Positions 15,434 through 33,848 of a stretch of DNA of 48,519 bases are shown piece after piece. Under the pieces are notes generated by a model. It did not search any database. It was not told the DNA's origin and saw nothing but the letters and a program-made list of their open reading frames with translations. The stretch is taken from positions 46,303 through 94,821 of the forward strand of contig MU271239.1 in the NCBI GenBank assembly GCA_021432655.1, written 5' to 3'. Within the stretch, counting starts at the first letter, position 1; each line of letters starts with the position of its first letter. The position numbers and the translations under genes are program-made. Source of the stretch: Atractiella rhizophila (lineage: Eukaryota).

Positions 15434-16730
15434 TCAGTTTGATGACGGTTCAGCGGGAGGATCTGGACGTCTCAGCCGTGCCAGAGCATCGTCCCACAAC
15501 GTCTCTACGTGTTTTCTAACCGACGTTCTCTCCTTTCCTTCCTCACCAGCGGCCTCTCCTCCATTCTCTCTCCTCTTGTCATGCAGCTCCAACCTCTTCA
15601 ACCCTTCCAACACCTCCTCATCGCTCTTCGCCTCCTCCCTCTCCCGCTCTTCCTCCCTCCACCCGTTAGCGACCCTCTGTCCGTATTCGGGCATGGCATA
15701 AAGCACGGATCTTTGGAGATCGTATGATTTGAGTTCGGTGGTCAGAGCGGCGTGCTGGTACGAGAGATTGGAAAGGAGACGCGAGAGGAGGGTGTTTGGA
15801 CCGGGAGGGAGTGGGGGCTGGATTGGTAGAAAATAGGCGAAGGCAGGGAGCGCGGAGAGGAACAGACGACGATAGAAGATGTTGGTAGAATATACCTATC
15901 AAAGGTTCCGACGTCAACATCGTCGACTGAAAGGAAAGGAGGGTAACAGACCTGTTCCATTCGTCCTCGGCTGTCGATGGATCCTGTAGCGCTCAAGAAA
16001 CGCCAGATCTCGAAGGTACCCATGGCCAATGTGGCGAAAGTGAGCCACTTTCTCCACCTCAACCTCCTACCCATCTCTCCAGACGTCATGATGGCCACAG
16101 CGCAGAGCGTGATGAGATAATCAACCCCAAGTTCCGGGAGATCGTACAAAAAGTAGTCAAAGGCATATTCCCTATTCGGCGGACGACACCAACCCACTGG
16201 TGGCGCGCAATTCAGCAAGGCATTTTGTCCGTAGGTTACGTATATCGTCCTCGCATCCAGACTCGCGAGGCTCTTCAAAAGGTAGAGATCTGCGTCTGGA
16301 ATCTTCACATGCGGTCTGCTTCCCATTGTTGGGGTGGGGAGATCCTGCGCAGCCTTGTAGAGCAAATAATCTTCGAGAACATTTTGAGAGGCGTCGACGC
16401 GGAGGGAAGAGGAGAGAAAGATGTTCGGGGAGAGCGGAGGAGGAGAGAGAGAAGATGGAGTGTTGAGAGGAAAAGGAAAAGGAAGAGTCGGATGTACGTG
16501 AATGGAGTGTTAGGTAGAGGCGGAGGAGTGTAGGTTAGGCGTGTGCCTTGAAGAGAGGTGAGAGGCGTGCGGCGAGGATTGGTGAAGTATCGGAAGAGAT
16601 TGATCGCTTTAGGTATGAGAAAAGGAGAGAGGATCACCTGGCAATTCATTTTGTCAGCGGGACTGCTTCCAACGTGTAATTCGTGAAACAACAGTGGTGC
16701 TACAAATATCAAATGGTAAATAATGAACAA
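15434..16730 (-). CDS. Uncharacterised fungal membrane protein, multi-exon; true start not resolved
   Basis: Three consecutive minus-strand ORF blocks are joinable by introns. They contain hydrophobic segments, LASLDARTIYVTYGQNALLNC...C...DYFLYDLP and an acidic C-tail. Confidence 0.6.
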
Positions 16731-18238
16731 AGTAATATCTACTTCGCAGGCGCAATAGTGTCATGGGTAAGTTTAAAAGAAAGCAAAAAAGCATCCGGTC
16801 CAGTTGCAGTCCTCAAAGGTTTCTGCGGTAGATGACCTTGCTTGCATCAAGAATATATGAACCTGATTACAGGAGAGGTCCTACTAGTATAGGAGCCTTC
16901 AAAGCACATTCGACTCTTACTAGAGTCGAAGAGAAGGTGAAAAGCGCACCAGCAGTGTTTGGACTCCATTTAAGGAGATGTTGGCTGAATACCCATTGCT
17001 AGCCATTCTGGTCTACTCCTAACCTCTCTCACTCTGCCCTGTCTCGCTTCCTGATGACTTCCGAGATTCGATTGTATGGCACTCAGCAACGTGGTCAGGT
17101 GATATATGTTTGGTGCTATTTGGTTAAAGTTGTTTACTTTGCCAATACCTCACTCAAACACTAACAAACACTTACCTTCGCTGGAGAGATTGCAGATTTC
17201 GATTGTCGTTGCAATGCTGTGTTCCCCATCCCCACGCTCCAGGCGAGTGTACTCGGCCTCGTCCAGCCCCAGGAATCGGGGTCATTCTTTATTGGGAAAC
17301 GATAGATAGAGTTGGTTGGAAGTTTTCTGGGCGTCGTTTTAACCGCCAACCATCAGATCAAAGTTGAGCTTTTCTATTCTTCCAGTTCATCATCCGTTTA
17401 CGGCTGAGCTCGCGCCAGCTTGAGTGCCAGAGATCTAGAGCAGTGGCGCCAAAACGTTCCTTTGCGGTGGCTTGTTTTGCAACTCTTTCTGTTGGCATTT
17501 TTGGTAGTTCGTCTTTCAATGCACAAGGGTGTCTGTGTAGTCTGAAGAAACCTCCTTCTCTCAAGACGGCATGGACGTCATATTCTCAGATTCCAGCCAA
17601 GTGCAAATCACAAATAGTCAATCCCAAGAATGAGAGCAAGTGGGGTGGACAGCATCAGGGCATGATAGCCGAGAGCTTCTTCCCGTTCCATTCGTTCGGG
17701 AGACAAACTGCCAATCAATAACCGACTTTCATGGCTCGATTAGGCTCCCTCCCTCAATCCGGTCTCGAGGCTGACCATCATCTCTCACTCTGACAAGATG
17801 CTGAATCCACAGGGCCAGCAGAGCACTCCACTTTCCGGAACAGTAGCTCCGATCGAGCTGTACTAGGTTAGTGGACTTGGAAGATGGCTCGATGGTATAT
17901 AATATATCAATTTTGAGATATCCCAGCAGAGCTTTAAAGACATCTCTCCTCTCACGTCCCTTCCCTCAGGCGACATCCTCCTTCCTTTTGTTTGTATTCG
18001 TCGTTCTACCCTCAGTAGTGCTTTAATCCTTCCATATCTAGCCTTACTTCGACCATTTTCAGAGCATATCTATCGCAGATTTCACTTTCGTTCAAAGCTT
18101 CTAATACTTTGTCGTTCTTTCCGCGTCGTCAGTGCCTTCCAAACAGTTGGCCCTCGTCTGTCTGTTGTTCTATCCGATTGTTTCAGTACACTTCTGCTTT
18201 CTGCTATTCTTATTATTATAAGCTTAAGAGTTTTGGAG

Positions 18239-20680
18239 ATGCCACGCATTCCAGTACGAACCGAACCGTACAACTCTCCCTCTCGTCAACATCGGCATTT
18301 CAAGAACAAGCGGGATCAGTATGTCTATTTTTCTATTTTCTTCGTCCACAACGGTCTATCGTCTAGCATCTCGCCCGTTCGTCGACTGATTTTCCACGCC
18401 CGTTAGGATCCTCCGTGCGCTTGGAAAAGCCGCTTATATCAATGGGTCACAATTTGCCATCCTCTGGGTTTCGGCTCAAGGCAAAGTTGAGACTTACGCT
18501 TCCGACCTGCTACAAGACAAACTGGATCAGTGGTTCAGCGAGGAACAAGTCTTAAATCCCGCGAGAGAGATCGTTTTGGAAAATCAAAGGAGGGCAATGG
18601 AAAGGAAGAACGAAGAGGAATCTGTTAGCGGTCTCGGATTGTCTATGGGGGCCGGTGAAGAAGAGTCGGGAGACGGAATCGACCTTGTATTTAATACCAG
18701 TACCGAGGAGTGAGTCTTCCTCTCTCCGTTTCCCCCTTTGCTACCCTCCCTCATGTATCGCCGTTCCCTTTCCTCATCCCTTCCCATTTCCCCTCCCATT
18801 TCCCCTTCAATTCAGGTCTCATGAAGTATTGACGGATGTTGTATGCAGTCTTGGAGATGAGTCGACTATCACGGTTCCAAGTTCTCAAGACGCAAATTCC
18901 TTTCTCGTTCAGGATACTTCGACTTCGTCGAACATTCTTCGCCCTGGCGTCGCTCTGGAGCCCATTGACTCAAACCTCGCAAACAAACTCTTCGGACACG
19001 GACCAGCTTCCTCTACGTCCACATCCTCGTCATTTGAAACGCCATCTTCGGCTCCTCTTTCCATTACGTCCATTTCTTCTTCCACGCCATTGAGTACGAC
19101 TTCCATCGAAGCAGTTCCTTCCTCTGCTATCTCGAATCCGAATCCAGACATCGTCATCCCTGTTGCTACCACATCCATCAACCCTTCCTCCGGCGTCGGA
19201 GTCCGTTCCATATCTTTCAATTCTTCCGAATCAGTCTCCGTCTTCCTTCAAAACGAGTTCTCGAATCTACAGCAGGTGTCCTGCAGGATAGTTGCAAAGC
19301 TTTGGATCAAGGTCATTGAGCCAAAGAAGCAAAACCGATATCCATATCAAAGGGGAGAGAGGTCAAAGCCGGATTGGTGGCCGAGAGAAATCAGACATAA
19401 GGAACCAGATCATCTCAAGAAGGATGGTGAGTCTCCCCGCTACTTTTGATTCCCCTCAGCGACAAGAATGAATGATTGATGCCATTGAATGTAAACAGAG
19501 CGCATTCAGCTCCTAGAGGCCATGCTTAGGTCGGGAAGGGTACCGGTTTCTCGACTTTCGCTTGCGACAGCAGAGGCAGTGGCTATCATCCCTGCGACTA
19601 AGATGTCGATTCTTCGGGAGATTTACAAGGTTGCAGAAGCGGAAGAGCAAGCGCGAAAGCTTGATCCTTGTTCGTATTCTCTTCTACTTCCATGGAGAAT
19701 GCCTGAGGTTGATTTTATTCGTATTTTTCTCTGGGAAAGTGGTGAGAAGCGGTTTCAGTGTTGTCCTCCAAAATCACTACGCAGTGAGGGATGAGGACGA
19801 AATTTCAGACGTTTTGGATATCGGAGAAGACGAGTATGAGCCTCCTGCCAAGTCAGCGACAAGGCAAGCTTCAGTTGCGCGGAGAAAGTCCAGGAGGAAG
19901 GAACCATACTCGTTGAGGAAGAGAACAAAGGCTGCACCGACAGTGGAAGCGTCTCCACCTCTTTCCGATTCCTCCATTTCCACATCTCCTGCAACAATGC
20001 CGCTTCTCCCTGTGCCGGCAATGGAGGTTGCACCAGAGCTTCACCAGGTCCCTCTTCATCAAGTTCAACTAGCCCCAGAACCGTCGTCTGTTCCAGCATT
20101 CATCCCTACTGCGACTTTCCATTCTCACTTCGCTCCAATCCCTCTGGAACACCATCATGCGTACCTCGCAAATGCTCCAATTGCCCATTTCGACAACTTC
20201 GTCCACGTCCAACACGTCAATCCGTTCCTTGCAAACTCACAATTTCACAATCAGGGTCATCTTCACGGACCCCAAGAGGGAATGGTCCTTGGAGGTCATC
20301 ATCTTGCGCCAAACCCGTTTCCGACTCTCGCTCAACAGGTCGATTGGAATAGGCATCCTTTTATTCAAACCCAGCAATCTGTGGACCTTTTCTCTCCTGA
20401 TCATGCGACGTCAATGGATCCCTGCCAAGTTTACTACGGTCAAGGAGAGCCTTATTCGGAGCTTTCGTCGACCAATGGCCCTTTACAACAATTCCCATCG
20501 AATATCGTACTTCTGGATGCGAATGGCAACGGTTCAGCTGACCACTCACCCATCGAATTTTCTTGTACGGGAGGGATGGATGAGCATGGAAATCAACATC
20601 AACAACGGCTAGGTGCGCCGTTCGAGTATCGACCAACAACGATCGAAACGGAGACCGATAACAATTTGCACAGTCGTTAG
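18239..20680 (+). CDS. DUF2841 / YDR124W-like helical-bundle protein with N-terminal MADS/EIN3-like block; putative transcription factor
   Basis: Exons 18239-18318, 18407-18709, 18849-19426, 19499-~19669 and a final exon to 20680. The core LQQVSCRIVAKLWIKVIEPKKQNRYPY...KPDWWP...HKEPDHLKKDERIQLL is the DUF2841 signature. A basic RRKSRRK patch and a His/Pro/Gln-rich tail follow. Confidence 0.85.
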
Positions 20681-21041
20681 AATTTCTTGATACTTGTGTA
20701 CTGACAACTCAACCATCTTCACCGTCCTTTGTCGTCCTCATTGCAATGTCATCAGATATAAAGACCTGAATTGGCTGTAAAGGCACTTTCACTTATAACA
20801 ATGGATATTGATATTTGTTCGCATCCAAACAATAAATGTAGCTGATTCTGACTGACTTGTCTGAGCAACTAGAAAGAAAGCTAGGGATTGCAAGGCAAGA
20901 AACAGTGAAGGTATGACTTGGATTTCATACCTCTGCGGGTTTGTAGTGTGTGGATTTTTGGGTTCACCGACCACCCGCCCGAAATCGAGTCGTTACATAA
21001 ATATCTCAAGAAAAGCTAGCTGCAGCTGCAACCAACCAGTG

Positions 21042-28143
<7,102 letters not shown>

Positions 28144-28535
28144 CAAAAAGTAATAGTAATAAGACTGCAATACTAGACTGAATCAAGGAGTAACCATTCA
28201 ATCATGTGGACATGACATTTCGGCAGTCTGCATTGCTGTGGCAGCTTCAAATTTAGGCAGCATCTCCATTCTACCATCCATTACTCCTATAAAACGTAAG
28301 TCATCACTTATGAGCCATTCAAACTAAACATACGTGGCACCAACATCTGAGGAGTCAACGCTAACAATACTATGCGAAAGTAGTAAAACGACGGACGTGT
28401 TTAGGCCAACCAAAGCGAAAGAAGTGAAAAACGATAAGAGGATAACGAAACTTCTAGCAATAATACAAATAGGCAGTACAAAACAAGGAAATCTTCTTGG
28501 CATAGGTATCATTCTATCACGAGATATCACTCAAT

Positions 28536-30778
28536 TCACTTCTTCTTCGCCTTTCCTCCCTTCTTTCCTCCCTTCTTCCCCTTCGCCGCCGCAAATTCTT
28601 CCTTCTCCTCGTCGTCCTTCTTGTCCTCCTCCTTCTTATCGTCTTCCTTCGCTGCATCCTCTCCACCACCAGTTACTGGCGTTACCGCTGCCTCTTCCGG
28701 CTTGCTTCTCTCGTGCTTCTCATCCTTCCTTACGGGATGGTGTCCCAGGTAAACCTCATAACAAAAGATATCTGAATCCCCAAGTTGATGTGCCTTCTGC
28801 TGAGCAATGAACAACGCCTTGTCGTTTGCGTCAAAAGAGGTACCAAGGGAGAGGTCCTTGTCCACTCGCTTCTTGATTGCCGTCTCAGCTTTTTTCAGTT
28901 TTGCTCCTACCAATAGTTGACCCCATTTATCCTTCGCAAATGACACCACATCAGCTGGCCATGCTCCATTTTCCAAACCCTCCTTCGCCTTCTTTCTCGC
29001 AGCCTGCACTTCCAAGATCTCATCCATCATCAAATCGCCGTCGGCTGTCGAGTAATAATCAAAGAAGTCTCCATCAGAGGGGAAGTAAGCTGATTCCTCT
29101 TGGATTTTCTTCACCTTGTCAAAGAACGCTACGTCATGATCCCCCGAGCCACAAGAAACTTCATAATAAAGGTCCATCATCCCATCCCTCCAACTCTCAA
29201 TCGTCTCCCTCACAGTTGAAGCAGGGGGCAACTCCGTCGGCTCCACTCCGCCTTCATCTCCCCAACCCGCATCATCACCCGTGCTCCACGGATTATCCGA
29301 TTGAAATGCTGCGATGGCTGCTCCGGCTTGTGGAGGGAGTCCAGAGACAGGTGAAGGAGGAATGGCAGTGGAAGGGAGAACGCGAGAAGATTTGTCATTC
29401 TTGCCTTTATCTTTATCCTTACCCTTTGAGTCTGACTTGGTGTTTGATAGGAACGGGTTCGTGCTCGCACCGTTCGTGTTTCCTGCGGCAGTTGCAGCTG
29501 GCGTCGTAGCGGTGGCCGCGGCAGCGGAGCTTCCCCAAGGTGAAGAAGTTGATGGAGCCGCCGCTTTTGCACCCCACATCGAAGTCGTTGCTGGTTTCGC
29601 AGCAGCAGGTTTGGCACCCCAAAGCGAGGAGGAGGCAGCGGCTGCTGGAGCAGGAGCTGGAGTAGGCTCAGGAGCTGGGGCAGGAGTGGGATTCGAGGCT
29701 GCAGCTGGAGCTTTTGGATCTGCAGTCTTCTTAGCTGCTGACCCCCACAAAGACGCCGAGGCAGCAGGAGCAGCAGCAGGTTTGGCCGGTTCTGTCTTCT
29801 TTGCAGCTGATCCCCAAAGAGAAGCGGAAGGTGCAGCGGCGGCAGGTTTTGGTGGATCAGCGGTCTTCTTAGCGCCTGAACCCCAGAGAGAAGAGGAGGC
29901 GGCAGGCGTTGCTGCTGCTGTTGTTGAAGGTGCAGGGGTGGTGGCTTTAGGATCGGGTTTCTTTGTACCCGAAGTCGCTGTTGACGAAGCTGGTGCGGTT
30001 GTTGATGGAGTAGTTGTTGTCGCTGGCTTCCCGCCGAAAAAGCCTCCCCCTCCAAAGGTCGGTTTTGCAGCTGGTGCGGCCGCTAATGGAGTTGTTTTCG
30101 AAGCTGCTGCCGCGACAGGAGCTTTCGCAGGTGTAGTAGTCGTATTCTTCGCAGCGGCCGCCGGAGTGGGGGTAGCCGCCTTCCCGTTCGCCGTCTTCCC
30201 ATTTGCGGCCGCCGCCGCGACAGGAGTTTTCCCTTTCGCTAGAGTTGGAGTCGAGGCAGCAGCAGCAGCGGCTGAGGTTGCAGCCAGCCTGGAGGAGAGT
30301 GTACCATTAGGTGCTTTCTTCGACTTATCCTTCTCCTCCTTTGCACTTGCTGTCCCAGATATGGAAGTGCTTGCTTTCGATTTGGAAGAAGGAGTGGGGC
30401 TGGAGGAAGTAGAAGATTTGGGAGAGGTGGAGGAGCCAAAGAAAGATCCCCAAAAGGAAGAGCCAGAACTTGGAGAGGAAGGATCTTTTTCCGATTTCAG
30501 CTTGGTTGGTTTAGATGGTTCGGACGCCGGTTTCACGACTTCTGCATCCGCCGGATATCAACGATGTGAAAGGCCAGGTGAGGAGAAGGAATCAGCTTAC
30601 GCTTGGGTCTCTCTGTTGGTGTAGGAGGAGCGGAAATCCTCCAACCAACGGTACTATTCGAAGCGGATGATTCGGAATCTGGAGTTCCGGTCCCATGCCT
30701 CTCTCGGTAAAGAGGTGAATCCTTGAACGTCCAAGTCTTCGCTCCCACGGATCCTTTTCTTTTTTCAGCCGACAACAT
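28536..30778 (-). CDS. Ala/Pro/Thr/Ser/Lys-rich protein with repeated SLWG/WG motifs and an unassigned C-terminal domain (2 exons, 727 aa)
   Basis: Exon 30778-30601 joins exon 30541-28536 in frame through the GT-AG intron 30600-30542. The long 666-aa open frame supports a real gene. Confidence 0.8.
29705..29900 (-). repeat. Degenerate coding tandem repeat, 3 x SLWGS(G/A)AKKT
   Basis: Three ~70-bp units are visible at both DNA and protein level. Confidence 0.75.
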
Positions 30779-31364
30779 CTTCTACAGGGAAATCGTTTTC
30801 TTGTCGCTAGATGGCTGATGCACACTGGACGTGGGGGATAAATAGAGTCCCAATCGTTTGTAGCAAAAGAACGTGTTCTGCAACCGATTTCTGGCTCAGG
30901 ACTCGATCTTTGAACGGACGCAGAAAGGAGAAGGACAAACCAGAATAAATATTCAGCACACTCGTTCCTCCTCTCGCCTGTTACCTTAAACGTTGCTTGA
31001 ACAGCAGTGTGGGACAAATGTCACAACAAAGGGTTGAAGTTTTCGGAGATCCTGAAAGTTGACCTTGCTTAAAGTTGCAAAGTTTGACGGCGCGACTCCC
31101 TCGAACTTCGGTGCAGGAGCAGAAATTCGGATGGATTCAAGTCGCAGGAGCGTCCGACGAAAGGAAATATGAAAAATGTCTAAACGAAGCAATGGGCGAG
31201 ATTCGCCGTGGTTGTGAAATAGGGACGTGACTTTTTCTTGCCGTCATCAACACGCATCAGGGCTCGTTAACTAGGCAGTGGCTGCATCAACACAAGGCCG
31301 ACTGGGAGAGGCACTGAAGACGACCAAACCACTTGCCACCTCTAATCTCGTCAAGACCAGCGAA

Positions 31365-33271
31365 ATGTCGAATATAGGCAAGCAAGCGTTGCGCGTGGCT
31401 AAAAACTACACAAAGGGGTACACGGAGGCGCAGACTAAAGTCCGCTCTGCGACTTCAAACGATCCATGGGGTCCTACTGGAGCTCAGATGAACGAGATCG
31501 CTCAAATGACTTTCAACCAGTATGCCTCTATCCTCCCTGCCTTTCCCGTACTTCAGATGGCATCTGATGCTGGGATGTGGCGTGGTGAAGGCAGGATTTC
31601 GTGGAGATTATGGAGATGATGGACAAGAGGTTGAACGATAAGGGAAAGAATTGGAGACATGTTTTTAAGACATTGACGCTCTTGGATTACTGCTTACACG
31701 CTGGGAGTGAGAATGTCGTGCAATACTTCAAGTACGTGTTCCTTTTATATTCTGATTCTCGGGCAGGGAGATTGGTCTCCCGAAGCTCGTCGTGTAGCCC
31801 GCAGCTTGGGCTACTCATTCTGTGTTACATTCATCTGAGGTGCTAATATATTTGGTCCACAGGCAGAATGCTTATATCATCAAAACTCTAAAAGAGTTTC
31901 AGTACGTGGACGAGTACGGGAAGGATCAAGGAGCGAACGGTGAGCGTTGTCCAGCCGTTTCTTGTCCACCTAACGCGTCCTCCACAGTTCGTCAGAAGGC
32001 GAAAGACATCTCAAATCTCCTCCTCGACGATGCACGCTTACGAGAAGCACGCCGTTCACGAGCACGAATGACCAATAACCTTTCTGGAGGAGCGAACCCA
32101 CCATGGGACCAAGAAGAACCTCGAACATATGAACCTCCACGAGAGCCTCCATCTGACCGTAACCGTAACCGTAACCGTGGAGGAGGGGATGATGATAAAG
32201 AGTTGCAGAGAGCGATTGAGGCTAGCAAGAGGAGCGCAGCGGAGGAAGCGGCGAAACAGAAGGCGGAGAACGATTTGGAAGAGGCTATCAGGTTGAGTAA
32301 GGAGGAAGAGGAGAAGAGAAAGAGGGCTCTGGAGGGTGGAGGATCGTTGTTTGACGAGTGCGTCGCTTTTCCTTGACATCGAGAGAGATGGCTGAATGCA
32401 AGGCCGTGTGGTACAGGAATGCTCCCGATCCAGGAACATCAGGAGGGTCCCTGATCGACTTCACGACTCCAATTCAAGCGCAACCCACCGGTTATCCCCT
32501 CCAATTCGCTTCCTACAACCCCTACGCACAATTTCAACAACAACAGGATGACTACATGCGCATGCAGGCTGCGGCTGAGCAACAGCGACAAATGGAAGAA
32601 GCCGCCGCCCAAGCAGCGTATCAACAGCAGATGCTCCAAGCACAGGCGGCCCAGGCGGAGGCTCAACGACAAGCCGAAGCTCAGGCATACCAGCAACAGA
32701 TGCTCTTCCAACAACAACAAGCTCAGCAGCAGCAAGCTTATCTACAAGCCCAGGCCACTGCTGCTCCGTTGATGCCTCAACACACCGCATATGGGAGCAA
32801 CAACCCTTTCGCCCCCTTCTCTCAAGCCGCTTCTCCCCCTCCTCCCATGCCTTCCATACCAGACCAATCCCCATCCCTCTTCTCTTCCATCCCCGCATCC
32901 TCTCCCGCACCCGCCCCTGCTCCAGCTCCAGTACCCGCTCATTCTCCATCTCCAGCGTTCAACCAGCCAAAGAAAAAGGACGATGGCGAATTCGCAAAGC
33001 TCGCAGCATTGCTTGGGAACAGAGAGGACGGAGTGGACAGCTTCGGGAATGTCGGAAACCTGCGTGTACGTCTCCTCATCCTCTTTCTTTCTTTCTAAAC
33101 TTTTCCAACCTTGGATTCTGATGAGTTGTACAGGTCCCTGTTGGCACTGCTTTTCATGCTTCGAATCGTATGGCGGCACAAAATACCGGAAACCCCAATG
33201 GAAACTTCAACTCTGCCTTTGGCCAACCACAACAACAATCTCAAGATCCTAATCCCTTCTTCACTATTTAA
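31365..33271 (+). CDS. ENT1: Epsin (ENTH domain, UIMs, NPF motif), Ent1/Ent2-like, multi-exon
   Basis: Motifs KNYTKGY...VRSATSNDPWGP, RLNDKGKNWRHVFK, LKEFQYVDEYGKDQG, UIM-like ELQRAIEASK and LEEAIRLSKEE, and GSNNPF. The protein ends in NPFFTI. Confidence 0.95.
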
Positions 33272-33848
33272 AGTCATGTGAGGGACCAAATTTAGGGAAC
33301 GAAAGGATGGAACAGTTGGACTGACCCTTCAGTCATTTGTACCTGTCAGTGTGCTCCTGGTGGAAGTGACCATGAACAATTTCCAATTCCTCTTACAATT
33401 TATTCACTCACTAGTCTCATTTCTGCTCTGTATCATTCTCTGCAAAGTTTGGGCGTGGTGTCTCTTGTAGTACCAGAGTGATAATTGACGAAAATAATAT
33501 ACCCTTCCCTCAATACCTTCAAGTCGTTCGCAGCGCAAGTATCCTGAGACATCTTCGGATTCAGGTTGTTGCATAAACTCTCAAACAAGGCCGTGCAGTG
33601 TTCAATGGTTTGGCATGAAGCATATTCATATTCCATGATATCAGTACAAGTAACTCCCAATTTTGGCTCCCATAAACGGTGGTCCACTAAACCGTTATGG
33701 TAAAGCTTCCACTTCGAAGTAACAGTGGCAAGCCTTGGGTCGCCAAATCTGAAGGACAAATTATCTGTTGAGGAAGAAGCCCGATGATCAGCGATGGCAA
33801 GATACAGAGCAGGGACGCACCGAGTACCGAGTTTTGGTCGTATGTAAC

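Noticed and set aside
29314..30624. 436-aa plus-strand ORF
   Set aside because: It is an antisense shadow of the A/P/T/K-rich minus-strand gene, whose codons lack stops on the complementary strand.
32156..32178. (CCGTAA)n repeat
   Set aside because: An ordinary coding microsatellite (RNRNRNR) in the epsin linker.
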